Source of the DNA: Octopus vulgaris
Lineage: Eukaryota
Assembly: GCA_951406725.2 (NCBI GenBank)
Contig: OX597823.1
Span: 44,020,001 to 44,084,000 of the forward strand
DNA length: 64,000 bases
Direction: 5' to 3'
The notes beneath the pieces are model-generated. The model ran no database searches. It was not told the origin of the DNA and saw only the letters and a program-made list of their open reading frames with translations. Shown here in pieces: positions 13,652 to 27,380 of this stretch; within the stretch, counting starts at the first letter, position 1; the number at the start of each line of letters is the position of its first letter. Position numbers and translations under genes: made by a program.

Positions 13652-14893
13652 TCAGGCCATCCCATAAGTTCTGTCCGATTTAATAATATTTTAGAATATC
13701 TAATGGAATTAAAATTATTTTTATGCATTTGTGTACATTTAAACTAATTAAATATTATTTTACAGAATAATAGAATTACAATTTCTTGATTAAAACCCTT
13801 TCTAACATGGAAGTATCCAAAGAGCATTTGAGGCACATAATGCTCTATGAGTACAAAAAAGGAAACTCTGCAGCTGAAGCGACTCGAAACATACACTCAG
13901 TTTATAGGAAAGAATGCTTGAATGGAAAAGCTTGCAGCAGATGGTTTGCACAATTCATAAGTGGAGATTTCAGCCTTGAAGATGAAGATCGAACAGGTCG
14001 TCCAGTTGAGTTTGATTATAAACTCCTTGATGCATTACTGGAAGAAAATCCTGCATTATCAGTTGAAGAAATGGCAATAAAGCTTAGTTCTAACCATACA
14101 ATTGTTCATCGTCATCTTCAACAACTTGAAAAGGTTCCTAAACTTGGAAAATGGGTGCCTAATGAATTGTCCGAAAGCAACCGCAAATCCCGAGTTCACG
14201 TCTGCTCTTCTCTCCATTCTCTCGAACTCATTTCAGCCTTTTTGGGTAGACTTGTGCCTGGTAACGAAAAATTGATCTTCTATCTAAATGTTAAACGTCG
14301 TAAACAGCGGCTTAGTAAAAGGGGAAAAGCTCAACCAGAACCGAGAAGGGAACTTCATGTGAAAAAGGTTCTTCACTCTATCTGGTGGGATTGCAAAGGA
14401 GTAATTCACTTTGAATTGTTACCACCTAATGCAACAATCAATGCTCAAGTCTATTGTCAGCAATTAGAGCGTTTGAACAGAGCTTTGAAGAAAAAAGACT
14501 CGCTTTAGTGAATCGAAAAGGAGTGATGTTTCATCAGGACAATGCACACCCCACACCGCAAAAGATCACATCACAGAAGATCAAAGAGCTTGGTTGGGAA
14601 AAAATTCCCCATCCACCTTATTCTCCCGACCTTGCTCCTTCAGACTACCATTTGCTTTGTAGTTTACATAATCATTTGGGGGACATAACTTTCGCAAGCC
14701 CTGAGGAGGTCGATACAGACATTTCAGAGTTCTTTGCTTTGAAAGCAAAAGAGTTTTACATTGATGGTATTAAAAAGCTTGTAAATAGACGGAAAGAAGT
14801 CATAGATAATTAGGGAAAGTACATTGATGATTAAATTTCAATTAAATATAACATTTGATCACTTGTTCGGACAGAACTTATGGGATGACCTGA
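13652..14893 (+). mobile_element. Mariner DNA transposon, family B, full length, defective
   Basis: TIRs tcaggccatcccataagttctgtccga / tcggacagaacttatgggatgacctga within (TA)n. Confidence 0.95.
13807..14834 (+). pseudogene. Mariner transposase pseudogene
   Basis: MEVSKEHLRHIMLYEYKKG, WVPNEL, first catalytic D replaced by N (GNEK), HQDNA, YSPDLAPSDYHL; frameshift near 14495 and premature TAG at 14811. Confidence 0.9.
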
Positions 14894-14919
14894 TATATAT
14901 ATATATATATATATATATA

Positions 14920-15172
14920 AAGATGAACTGAAGGCAAGGATTATGGCAGCATTCACCAACATAAACAAGGAGACCGTCCAGAAAGGTTGCAGGGGATTCC
15001 GAAGTCGTCTGAAGGCCGTGGTTAAAGCCAATGGTGATTTTATTGAATAAATTTACTTTTTCGTATTTCAAGATATTTTTAAGTAATTTTGGTAAATATA
15101 TCTGCTAAAATGAGATGTTAGTGTTATTTTCATTTTTGCATAATTTAGATGACAGTTTATTCACCGCACTAT
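14920..15172 (+). mobile_element. 3' end of maT/Tc1-like transposon
   Basis: KDELKARIMAAF...FRSRLKAVVKANGDFIE* then TIR-like ttattcaccgcacta. Confidence 0.7.
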
Positions 15173-15239
15173 GCATATATACATATATATATGTGTGGGT
15201 GTGGGTGTGGGTGTGTGGGTGTGTGTGTGTGTATTCCTA

Positions 15240-15526
15240 AAGGGCCAGCCTTGTCACATTCTGTGTCACGTTGAATCTTTCTGAGAACTAAGTTAAGGGT
15301 ACACATATTTGTGTGCTTGCACGTCCATTTGATGATCAGGCTGTTCCGTTGATCGGATCAACTGGAACATGGCACTCCGTCGGTTTCGATGACGAGGGTT
15401 CCAGTTGATCCGATCAACGGAACAGCCTGATCATCAAATGGACGTGCAAGCACACAAATACGTGTACCCTTAACATAGTTCTCAGACAGATTCAACGTGA
15501 CACAGAATGTGACAAAGCTGACCCTT
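15240..15526. repeat. Foldback inverted repeat of a SINE tail (~128-bp arms, ~30-bp spacer)
   Basis: 15240-15368 is the reverse complement of ~15398-15526. Confidence 0.9.
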
Positions 15527-15796
15527 TGCAATGTAGATGCTACTAACCTATTAAACTGAGTGGACTGGAGCAACGTGAAATAAAATGTCTTGCTCAAGGA
15601 CGCAACGCGTTGCCGGGAATTGAACTCACGATCTTACGATCGTGAACCGAATACCCTAACCACTAAGCCATGTATATACATATTTATATACATACATACA
15701 CACATACACATGCTCATATATATATATATGTATATATACGTATATATATGAAGATATATACGTGTGTGCCTATACATATGTATGTGTGTGTGTGAA

Positions 15797-15851
<55 letters not shown>

Positions 15852-15856
15852 GTATG

Positions 15857-15918
<62 letters not shown>

Positions 15919-16653
15919 TACAAGTATGTGTGTGTGTGTGCGTGTGTGTGTATGTGTGTGTGTGTACACCTGCGCGCGTATATGTATGTTTGTAGCAAAT
16001 CTGAAGCTGAAAGAGACAGTAGAATTGCTCTGTACTTCAGGAAATATATTTTCAAAACTGCATTTTTAGAACGTTGGTGTAAAGAAACGTAAAGAAACAG
16101 AAAGGAAAGAATTGGAAAATCTAAATTCCTAAACCAATAATAATCTTGTCTGATATGATATTTGCTGTTTTCGGAAAATCTTTGCATAAAAACCGAAATT
16201 TTTGATAAATATCGACAAATAACTAAATGTAACTGAACTTCCATAGCAACAATTTATACTTGTGTTTATGTATCGGTTGAAATCAAACGTACATAAATCC
16301 ATACATTACGGGAATAAAATACCAATGGTAGGCTGTCCAATGAAGAGTGTATGTGTGAGAGACAGGAGAGAGAGAGAGGGGTGGAAGACAATGTGTTAGA
16401 GAGAGAGAGGGGGGAAGACAATGTGTTAGAGAGCGAGAGAGAGAGGGTGTGGGTGTGTGAGAGAGAGAGTGAGAGAGAGAGTGTGTGTGTGTGTGTGTGA
16501 GTGAGAAAGAGAGAGAAAATGATTGTGTGAGTGTGCGAGAGAGAGAGGGAAGAAGAGTGGGTGAGCGAGAGTATTTGTATATATGAGAGATAGTATGTAT
16601 ATGTGTGATCAGAAGAGAGAGAGCGTGTCTGAGTGTGTGTGGGAGAGAGAGAG

Positions 16654-16697
<44 letters not shown>

Positions 16698-16811
16698 TGT
16701 TAGAAACAGAGAGTGTGAGTGAGTGTCTGAATGAGAGAAGGGGGAAGATAGAATGAAAGTGTTTCTACATGTATAGCAGACAGAAAGAGAGAGAGGGAGA
16801 GAGAGAGAGAA

Positions 16812-16863
<52 letters not shown>

Positions 16864-18840
16864 TGTGTGTGTGTGTGTGTGTGAGCGCGCGCGATTGCGA
16901 AAGAGAATGCGTATGTCTGCAAGTGAGAGAGAGAAAGAGAGTAGTTTAGAAAGAGAGTGTGAGAGAGTGTCTGTGTAAGTGTGTGAGAGAGAATGAAAGA
17001 AAGAGAGAGCTTTTGTATATATGAGAGAAAGTCTGTAAGAGCATGTGTGTTTATGTGCGTGTGTGTGTGTGTGTGTGTAAAGTAGAGTGCGTGTGTGTGT
17101 AAAATAATGTGTGTGTTTGTGTGTGTAAGATAATGTGTGTGTATGTCTGCGTGTGTAAGATAGACTGTGTATGTGGTATGTGTGTGTGTATGTATGTGTT
17201 TAAGTGTTTATGTGTATCATATTATCTGTACATGCGTGCATCTCTGTGCATATGAAAGAGAAAAAGAAGGAAAAAGAGAGGGGAAAGAGACCAAAGTAGA
17301 CACGTTGAGGAAAATATAAACTAATTTATGTCTCTTTATCTTCTAATTCTGTCCAAAATAACGGTTTAGCCACAATCATATTACGGTGCTAAATGGACTA
17401 TAACAACATTTAACTTGATGACAAAACACTGACATAAAAGCATAGGTTGGGAATATTTTTTTGTGAGAAATACTAAACTACATTAGTGTTTCAACATGGC
17501 TGCCGAAAACTGAACTAAGTTTTAAGTGTTTGCAGCACAATCATTAGTTTCAATAGTGTATCGTTCGTACGATGATAAAAAGTGCGGCAATTTGGAGTGA
17601 AAAGATGTAACTAAATCAACTGTTTCTTGTTTTAACCTCAATTTTAAACCTTCTGGGATCTGACAAATAAGGAAGCAGATACTCGGTATCACATGTTAAC
17701 CATGGTGTGCATTGAGATCTGGACGAGTATAGTGATATTTTTTCCCCAGCAGAAAATCTCGAAGGCTTATGCTTCTTTGATGTTATTTTACCGAAATAAA
17801 GAGTGACAGAAGCCTTCAAACATACCTTGATAAAAATAATGTCTAGTCAACCGTCACTCGCAAGTGAGAATGGCTTCGTAACATGTATCCTGCTTTTGCT
17901 AATTGTTTTACGTGCTTATGGGATTGCAAGCAAACGTAGACACCTCCCATTTTCGAGTCCTTACATCCTTGACCAAGCAAAACATCGAGAATATGACAGA
18001 TAGAGAGACAGAGAGAGGGCTACATCAGCAATCGGATAGTACTCGTTTTTAACTGAATAGACAAGAGCAACAATCAAATGTTTTTCTCAAAGTCATAACA
18101 CATCGTTAAGTTGAGGAAGTGAACTTACTACCCAGAGAAATATCTGCTGAAATTCCCTTTCACCTGAATAAACTGGAGCAACATAAAATGAAGTACTTTT
18201 TTCGAAGACACAACCGTCTAGTACCAGAATTGATCTCATGACTACAAGCCAAACACTCTAACCACCAGGCCACACACTTTCTTAGTTACAGGAAAATATT
18301 CAGTAAGCCACTACTCAATCTATTTTCCTTCCCTTTGTTCATTTTTGTTTTTCTTTCTTCGATTCTGATTTTTGTATTTTCCTTGTTGAAATTCATCTAT
18401 TTTAGATGTAAGAAAGACCCTTTGGTACTGGCTTCCTACCTCCAAGGAATTTTTAACAAATCGCCTGTTCAACATCTTCTCACGCGATACATTTTAGCTA
18501 CTGGTTCCCAATATTGATAATCATCAAATCGACACGTCTAATTAATTAAAAGTTGATGTTGTTATTTCCCCAGATGAGACAAACTTTCTGTAATGTCACT
18601 CTCGTGTCTGAAATACGATGCATCATTTTCTGCTAGAGGGCTGGAAACTAAAAACAGTTCAACCAGAAATTTCACTCTATGATTACAAAATATTGATGAC
18701 TGTTTGTTTTGTACGCATGATAGAAATGTTTAGGCAAAGAAACCGATGTGGTGTGTAACAATTATAATATATACTAACCTAAAATGGTAACTCACTCTCT
18801 CTGATACCTGTAATCTACTTCTTAAGGAGTATTGGACGTG

Positions 18841-18890
<50 letters not shown>

Positions 18891-18897
<7 letters not shown>

Positions 18898-19240
18898 TAA
18901 TTAAGGGCTAAAGAGGGTTATTCTAAAGCCAATACACTGATTTATCCACTTATAATCCACTTGTTACAGGAAAATTGAAACTGAAAACGGGCAACTAACC
19001 TTTAGAAAATTTAAATTTCGCTATCTCTATATTGAATCAATTTCGGAATTATATCTCTATATTGAATCAATTTCGGAATTAATTCCGAAATTGATTCAAT
19101 ATAGAGATAACGAAATTTAAATTTTCTAAAGGTTAGTTGCTCGTTTTCAGTTTCAATTTTCCTGTAACAAGTGGATTATAAGTGGATAAATCAGTGTATT
19201 GGTTTTTGAATAACCCTCTTTAGCCCTTAATTATATGATG
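18891..19240. repeat. Long near-perfect palindrome (~160-bp arms) centred at 19080/19081 with a 30-bp tandem duplication
   Basis: catcatataattaaggg...tttcggaatt | aattccgaaa...cccttaattatatgatg. Confidence 0.95.
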
Positions 19241-19335
19241 TTTATACTTCAACCGTAACGGTTTTTTTAATATACTGCCACGCTTCCTGATGGATTCCTT
19301 TTCTGTAGAGAAAGGGACTTCATCCTATATTGTTA

Positions 19336-19374
<39 letters not shown>

Positions 19375-19507
19375 AAAGATCCTTCCCGAGTTATATGGGT
19401 ACATATGGTCGATATCCTGATTTCCGTGGCGTATATATTTCCCCTTGGACAGGGAGGTAATAGATGCGCCATGGAAACCGGTTTATCACAGGAATACTCA
19501 CTTTCCT

Positions 19508-21800
19508 ACCTGGAAAATGTCACATGAAATTCTTACATCTCCAGCATTAAGAGATTCATTGTCATTGTTCAAAGTCAGTATGGTTCTCCATGATCTCATG
19601 CTTACAGGCAAGAGGTTTCGCAAAGTAGGCGCTATTTTATACATTTCCAGACATTTCTTAATCCAGTTATGTGGTAAACTATCAAAAGCATTTTTATAGT
19701 CTATCCAGGCTATCGACAAGTTTTTGTCGTTTGTGACAATCTTCCAAGATCATCTTATTGATGAGTAGCTGATCTTTGCAACTATAGGACCCACGTTTAC
19801 ATCCTTTTTGCTCATTAAGTAATAAGCCACTTTCTATTAAAAAAACTATAGGTATATTCAGTCAAGACAGATGTTAGCATTTTATACATTGTTGTTAAGC
19901 AGGTTATGGGTCTATAATTTTTTGGTTCATTTGTTTTTTTCATCTTTTGGAAGTAGGAATGCTACGCCATTAACTAGCCAAGAGGGAGTCGTACTAAGCT
20001 GTTGCAAAACATTGTTGTAAAGTTTTATTAGCGGTTCATGGCTCTCTGGAAAGGCATTCAACCAGAAGTTAGGAATTTTATCCTTTCCTGGAGAGTTCCA
20101 TTTGCTTAACTTCCTGAGAACAGATCTTACATCCTCTACCGTAATACCCTCCCACTTTTGCTCTTCTAAGGAGTCTAAGTCTGAAGATATTCTAAGAATC
20201 CAAGGAGCCTTTTCATTGTATGTTCTTTCTTCTGCCCAAAATTTTATTCTAAAATTCCAGCACTTCTTCTTCTTTTGATGGGACAGACTTTACTGTAACT
20301 GGTATTTTTCCTATCTTCCTGTAAAAGATTTTGGGGTTATTTTGAACATGTTATTGTCCTTGAAGAATCTAACGAGCATGTCAGACCCAAGTAGATGAAT
20401 TTGGTGTTGAATACGCTCTTGCCAAGAAGGTTTTTTGTGAGAATGTTCTCGTTTTCTAATCTTTTCACCACATAGAATCGTTGAGATTTTCGGGGATGCA
20501 TAGTACAGGTGATTGAGATCTGTAATATCAACATTATTAGTTGAAATTATATCCTCAAGTGCAAGGCAGATTTTCCCAATTATTTTCAGGTTTTGGTTAG
20601 AATTGCGAATTTTTGGGGAGAGTGTCGCGTTCGTTCATACTGGTTTCTTAATTCTACTGGTTTCTTTAATTTTCAACCGTTCAATCATGATTTGATTTTT
20701 TAGATCATGTAGTTCTGTTGGGTCAATTTCTGTGTGACTTTCTTCATCTATTTGATTTTCATCTGCCTTAGTGTTTATGGTTGGTTCAGAGAGTATTTCA
20801 CTTTGATTATCAGTTATATTAACTCTTCACAATCATTATTGCATTTTCATCAGTCCTGGGTTGGTCTATAATTATTTCCTCTATAGTATCTGCTTTAGCT
20901 GCAACTTCGTTCCTTTATCCCTTACTGATTGTTTAATTTGGTCAATCTCTAATTCAGTTAGTAATTTCGTATTTACAATGTTTTTTCTGACGTTGGAAAG
21001 TTTGTAACTGTGTATGTAGGGTCTTATTTCAAGGTGTTTCTGTCTCCAGTTAAAGTAGGTTTATACAATATTAGATTTATTTGTGTGTGTTTGTGTGTCT
21101 GTGTTTGTCCCCTAGCATTGCTTGACAACCGATGCTGGTGTGTTTATGTCTCCGTTACATAGCGGTTCGGCAAAAGAGACCGATAGAATATGTACTGGGC
21201 TTACAAAAGAATAAGTCCCGGGGTCAAGTTGCTCGATTAAAGGCGGTGCTCCAGCATGGCCGCAGTCAAATGACTGAAACAAGTAAAAGAGTAAAGAGTA
21301 AAGAGAGAGGGAAATATATGGCATGGTAGAAGGCCATAAGAACTACTTTATTATCTGCCCTAGATCATTTTTCATTCTTTTTCTTTTGATTATTTGATGA
21401 CGAGCATGGATGACCATCTATTGGAATATTCCGGTTGTGGGGTACTTCCAGCTCTTGTGTTTCGAGATTTGAACCAGTAACTGTTTTTTCTCATCGAATG
21501 TGTTTCATCATTCGAGTACGTGGTCCTTGGTGTTCCGGTTGACGACCAATTTTGTTGTATTTTGCTTTGTTATCATTGAGGCATGACGAGCTTGGATCTG
21601 TCGGTTAAGGGTTAATTTTTTGAGACAACACCGTCTCCCTGTGCTCTGCATGTAAACATTGCTCATAATGTAGCTTCTTAAGACTAACAGATCTATATTC
21701 GTCTGTATATTTTATTGTTGATAGATTTATCTCCGGGGATAGTTTTTGTGGTGTTTTTGAAATTATGAATTGTTCACTGTCTGTGTTAATTCAAAAAATA
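19508..21800 (-). mobile_element. 5' half of R4/Dong-like LINE (RT domains), degraded, interrupted by a SINE at 21078-21305
   Basis: [19 protein letters not shown] (RT domain 3), [37 protein letters not shown] motifs on minus strand; upstream limit approximate. Confidence 0.85.
21078..21305 (+). mobile_element. 3' half of microsatellite-containing SINE (family of 48820-49226)
   Basis: Matches cagcatggccgcagtcaaatgactgaaacaagtaaaagag tail. Confidence 0.9.
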
Positions 21801-22412
21801 AAAAAAGTTTTGTTTTGATTTTTTTTTCCTTCTTCGTTTGTGACACGTGTTTTCATATGCGGTAATGTGTGTCTTGTAAATTTCATGTGGTTGTGTAAAC
21901 AGTGGGAGGTATATGTAGTCCTATGGGTATCAAAATGTATAAATGATTGTGTAGACATTCGAGTGTATGCGTAATTACTCAATTTATGCACTTATTGTTT
22001 TGTTCCAATTATATTTTATAATTTGTAAACATTCCGATACTGATTTTGCGTGTGTCTTTCGTACATGTTTCACTGAGACATCGGGCATGAGAGAAACTGT
22101 GCTTTGTATGGCAGTAAAATTTCGTTTTTGTGATTATTTTCGTTTAGACTGCTTCCTTCAAGTCTTCCACAGGTTCCTTTATCCCATTTCACCGATGTTA
22201 TTAGATCAGAATTGTTTTTGAATGGGGAGCTCGGTGTAGCACATCCATGTTATTATTCAGCACGTTATTATTATCATCATTATTATCATCATTACCATCA
22301 GCAGCAGCAGCAGCAGCATCATAATCATCAGTGGCAAATCTAAATAACTGATTAAAAAAATAACAATAACATTAGTGGCAACAAGCGATATTAGCATTAA
22401 ACAGGTATATAA

Positions 22413-22510
22413 GTTCTTAATTATATTGGAGGGTACACGAAACACCGGAGTTTTACTTCCACTCTCCAGCAAGCTGGTGCTTCGTATACCCTCTAATATA
22501 ATTAAGAATA
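22413..22510. repeat. Short hairpin/MITE-like inverted repeat
   Basis: ttcttaattatattggagggtacacgaaacacc ... ggtgcttcgtataccctctaatataattaagaa. Confidence 0.75.
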
Positions 22511-22519
22511 TATTTTTTA

Positions 22520-22571
<52 letters not shown>

Positions 22572-22582
22572 TATATATAATG

Positions 22583-23790
22583 CTGGGTGCGCCGTAAATA
22601 ATTCCCGATTGATTTTTAGTCATAATTTTTAGTAAAGGGCATATAATCACACGAGTTTATGTAACATATACGTTTTATTCAATATGTCCGCCTTTACCCA
22701 TCCCAATCGCTCGAAGATGGCCGAGAACAGAGTCACACAAATGCCAGACGACCTCTCGATTTAAACGATCACAGTGATATTTTTGTAGGAAACTCTTGAA
22801 ACATCGCTTTCTAGAATGGACCAAATACTGAAGTTCATAGGGTTGGGTTGACGTCTGGGTTGAAGTGGGAGGGTCGCACATTCTTGTCCAGAACCTGCTG
22901 AAATGGCTCCTACGCCACTGTTGTGTACACTGGAGGTATGAGAAGGAGTGCTGACTAGTGTGAACACGTTATTATCTCCAAATGCTTCGGTCACCCATGA
23001 CAAAACATTACACTTCAAACATTTCATGAAAATTGTCGAATTGACCTTCGTCCCCTCTTTAATGAATATCAGAGGATATTTTCGATCATCGGATGATACC
23101 GCTGCCCAAACCATCACTCCAGCGGGTTTCATTCGGCGAAACACCTTACGGATACCTCTGATCTCGTGGCCAAAATCCTATTATTCTTAATGTTCTCTAC
23201 AGCCTCTATCATCTTATCGTCCGATAAGATGAAGACATTGTCACCGGCACTTTGAATTTTCTTGCACCTGTCCAGTCACTTTGCTTCAGAAGCAGCCGAA
23301 ATTAGATGTCGACGTTTGACATACAATTTAAGTCTTTACGCACGACCGATCGCATGGTTGTCCGGGAGATATCGAGATTTTTAAGCATTCGCACCATGCT
23401 CTGCCATGGATTTCACGATACACTCATTCGAACGACAATCGCCAATTGTTTCGTCCTTACGGATCGTTTTCAACCAGAAATGGGCTTGCTATCGATTGAA
23501 CCTGTCTCACTGTAATGTCTTATGACATTATAAATTGTTCTGGGATCAACACCAACCCTTGAAGCCACGTCTTTGGTTCTATGTCTTGCTTTTTCCAGAG
23601 CTGCAATCTCATTTCGCATGTTAGCTGCCATACTGAAACGTTTTACTCACCGAATGTAAACAAACTATGGAGTGCACATGAACAACTGAATGTCGAGGAG
23701 TGCATTTTTAATTATTTTTGTGCAATTTCAAACTAAATTTAATAAAATAATCTTATTTAAATAGTCAAGAATTCTTTACGGCGCACCCTG
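22583..23790 (-). mobile_element. maT (DD37D-like) Tc1/mariner element, degraded
   Basis: TIRs c(t/a)gggtgcgccgtaaa at both ends; VMVWAAVS, NPMNFSIWSILE, KGGHIE* transposase motifs. Confidence 0.85.
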
Positions 23791-23796
23791 TATATA

Positions 23797-23915
<119 letters not shown>

Positions 23916-23980
23916 TAAGTATGTATGTATGTATGTATGTATGTATGTATGTATGTATGTATGTATGTATGTATGTATGC

Positions 23981-24218
23981 ATGGGATTCTCAGATAAATC
24001 CTTTCTTTTCTGTTTTTTTGCTATTTATTTTAATCGTTTCTGATATTATTTGATTTAACACGAAAAGTATTTTTATCGTAATATTTTATGAGCTTTTGCT
24101 TTTTATAGCTTTATTCTTCTACAACTTTTGTTTATTGTTTTTGAAATTTGAATAAATTTCACCTTTTCAGACACATGACAATGGAAAATAACGAACGTAT
24201 TTGTCTGACAACCGAATA
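23981..24218 (-). mobile_element. MITE, same family as 5361-5622
   Basis: Shared TIR and internal aaatttattcaaatttcaaaa segment in opposite orientation. Confidence 0.7.
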
Positions 24219-24289
24219 TAAATGAAATTCTACATCACCAACTTCAAGGTTATATAGTTTCTGCATCAGTTATAGTCAACAAGAAAATG

Positions 24290-25100
24290 GGTTCGGTTCC
24301 TGAACCTGGTGGTAAATTGTATTCTTAAGCATGCCATGTCTGATTTCCTATTCTCCATCTCATGGTCGCACTGAAACATAAATTCCCATAGGATCATTTC
24401 ATTATCATTTTCGATGGTTTTCGAGCTTATGTTCGTACCACTTTTTTACTCTGACAAGCCCATACTTGTTGCAAAGTGTCCAATGGGCAATCCTTACTAT
24501 AATGTCGTGACGTCTCTTATATTCTTTCTGGACTAGTGGTGTACATTGAATGGTAATATGCCATATGGTTTCACCATTTTGTCCACAAATTCTGCACTTA
24601 TAACTTTCTGATGTGTTGTCTATCCTATATTTGTTGTAATTAGTTCTTAATGCTTGGTCTTGAGCAGCACAGATTAGAGCGTCCGTTTCCGGTTTTAAAT
24701 CACTTTTAGTCATCCATAGCCATATTTTTCTCTGTCTGTCTTATCTTCAACATCACTATGAAATTGTCCATGCATTCTTTTCTTTATCCACCTGTTTTTA
24801 GTTTCATTCATTCTCAAGTGCTTGTACAGTGCTTCATCTTTGCAATCTTCCATCCTACACAAGCTTGACCTTCTTACTTCCAATAATAATGGTTCGTGGA
24901 ATTTTTACATACCATGCTATTTTGTTTTCTTCTGTTCTAATGCTGTATTCGCATCCAATCAGTCCTCTTCCCTCTCTTTTTCTTGATACATACAGTCTGT
25001 GTCACTTTGTGGGTGGAGTATCCCATATCTAGTCAGCAACATGTCTTTCTGTCTAAGCTGTTTAGTTCGTCTACTGTCCATGAGATTACCCCTACTCCAT
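24290..25100 (-). mobile_element. R4/Dong-like LINE fragment (RT C-terminus, zinc knuckle) adjoining (TAA)n
   Basis: DLKPETDALICAAQDQALRTN..CRICG..ETIWHI..C..EYKRRHD. Confidence 0.9.
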
Positions 25101-25103
25101 ATC

Positions 25104-25184
<81 letters not shown>

Positions 25185-25187
25185 CAC

Positions 25188-25275
<88 letters not shown>

Positions 25276-27089
25276 TTAAGCGGATGACAAAAAAGAAAAA
25301 AATGCAGAATTAAGAGGATTTTCTTTTGGCGCGCTTCCTTCTGGGCCTATCGTCGTGAGAGCTTTCGGGTGCAGCAGAGAGAGCAGTGACAGACGCTGTA
25401 GGAGATGACCAACAGAGACGGCGGATAGCAGCTGACAACACAAAGGCAATGAACAGTCAGAGGACGAACGACGTTAGAAGTCAGTAGCCGGCAAGCAACT
25501 GTATTTGCTGCTACAGGTACACCAAGAACAAAAGCTCTCTCGCCGTCTTGTAGTTCGTATCATTCTTTTTTTTTTTTTTTTTTTTTTTGAGTGAAGCGGG
25601 TACAAAAAGAATAACTTCTTGCTTATCAAAATTAACAGATTCCAGTGTTCCAATGTTCTTTTTCATATATTTGTTTATGTAGTCAATTGTTGATACTTTT
25701 GTGGTTGGGGGCGTGCGTGTGTGTATAAGTTTCAATTTTTGGCACAGGCAAATTCGACCAGGGCAGAAATTGAACTCAAAATATAAAGATGGATGAAACG
25801 TCGCTAAGCATTTTGTCCGCTCGCCGCATTAGACATTTTTTTTATAAATTAGATTACTCGGAAAACGTGAGCCAATGTGACTCTGTAAAGTACGCGGCCT
25901 GTTTCGCTTTTGCTGGGGTCATAACATACTTTTATTCTGTTTGGTATCGAGATTTCGTTGAAATCCTAAATAAATCAAAACCAAATATTGTATATGCATT
26001 CATCTCTTTCTGTTCATTTGCGAGAGCACATTTTTCAAACATTCCTCACCGAGCTAAATCCATTCAAAGAATCATGATTCTTTTACGACCATTCATCTTT
26101 CACATACATTTTTTCCCCCTCTTCTTTTATTTTCTCTTATATATGTGTGTGTTTATGTGTGTTTGCATGTATGTGTACATGTGTGTGTGCGTGCGTCTGT
26201 GTGTGTTTGCGTATGTGATGGGTGGGAGTGGATAAATGAAGGGGGATTTAAGGAAGAAGGTAGATACAGGAAGATAATACATGGTTATCTAGTCGTCCGT
26301 TTTAAATAGCTTCGGATTCATTCGACCTCGTCCGTTACAGTTCGTTAAAGATCGTGTATCTCGTTTTTTGGTTTTGTTTTGCTTTTGTTTTTTCCATTTT
26401 CTATATGAAGCATTTCTCCAACACAACTGCACTTCTGATGTGTTTGCATTGAGATAGATGATCTCTCTCTCATTCACTCTCTCTCTCTCTCTCACTCACT
26501 CTCTCAATCTCCCTTACTCTCTCAATCTCTCCTACTCTCTCTCATCCTCTCTCTTTCTCTCGTTCCTCCTGTCTTTATCTCATCCTTCCTCTCTTTCCTC
26601 TTTCCCACTGTGTGTAAAAGCCGTTACTTGAGTATGTTTTAAAGGGGAGGTTTTTTGCTGCCTTTGAAGTGAGAAACGATGTGTATATAGGTGTATGTAT
26701 CATGTATCTATGTATGTATGTGTGTTTGTGTGTATATGTGCGTGTATGTGTGTGATCATGCGTGTATGAAGGTTAGAATATATATTTTAGGAAAAAAAAA
26801 CGAAGTTCTCTATTGAAGTTTGTGAAAGAATGGCCAAGTAGATATGATGACGGACAATTAACCAAAATATGAAGGTTTCGTGTCCTGTTAACGGCACTAC
26901 CCAACTCTAAATGCCTTCAGCTCATCTCACAGGATATAAATCGAGCAGGATTGGAACGACCAATCGTTTTATACAGAGTCAGTATAGTAAAATTCATAAC
27001 AAGAAATTTTTTAGCATGCTGTGGCTGGGTTCAACTCACCCTGTATGTTTTAGCTTATAGGAAAGTGATGCCAGATAAACTGGTTTGCA

Positions 27090-27380
27090 CAAGATACGCT
27101 AAGTTATGGGGATGTAAACAAACCAAAACTGATTGTTAAGTGGTGGGGGGGTAAGCACAAAGACATACACAAAGCACACACACACACATACATACACACA
27201 CATACATACACACACATACACTCACACACATATATATATATATGACGAGCTTCTTTCAGTTTCTGTCTGCCAATCCACTCACAAGGCTTTGGTCGGCCCG
27301 GAGTTATAGTAGCAGACACTTACTCAAGATGCTGCGCAGTGGGACTGAACCCAAGACCACATAGTTGGGATGAAAGCTTC
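27090..27380 (-). mobile_element. Microsatellite-containing SINE (family of 48820-49226)
   Basis: cttctttcagtttc...aatccactcacaaggctttggtcggccc...gggactgaaccc. Confidence 0.85.
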
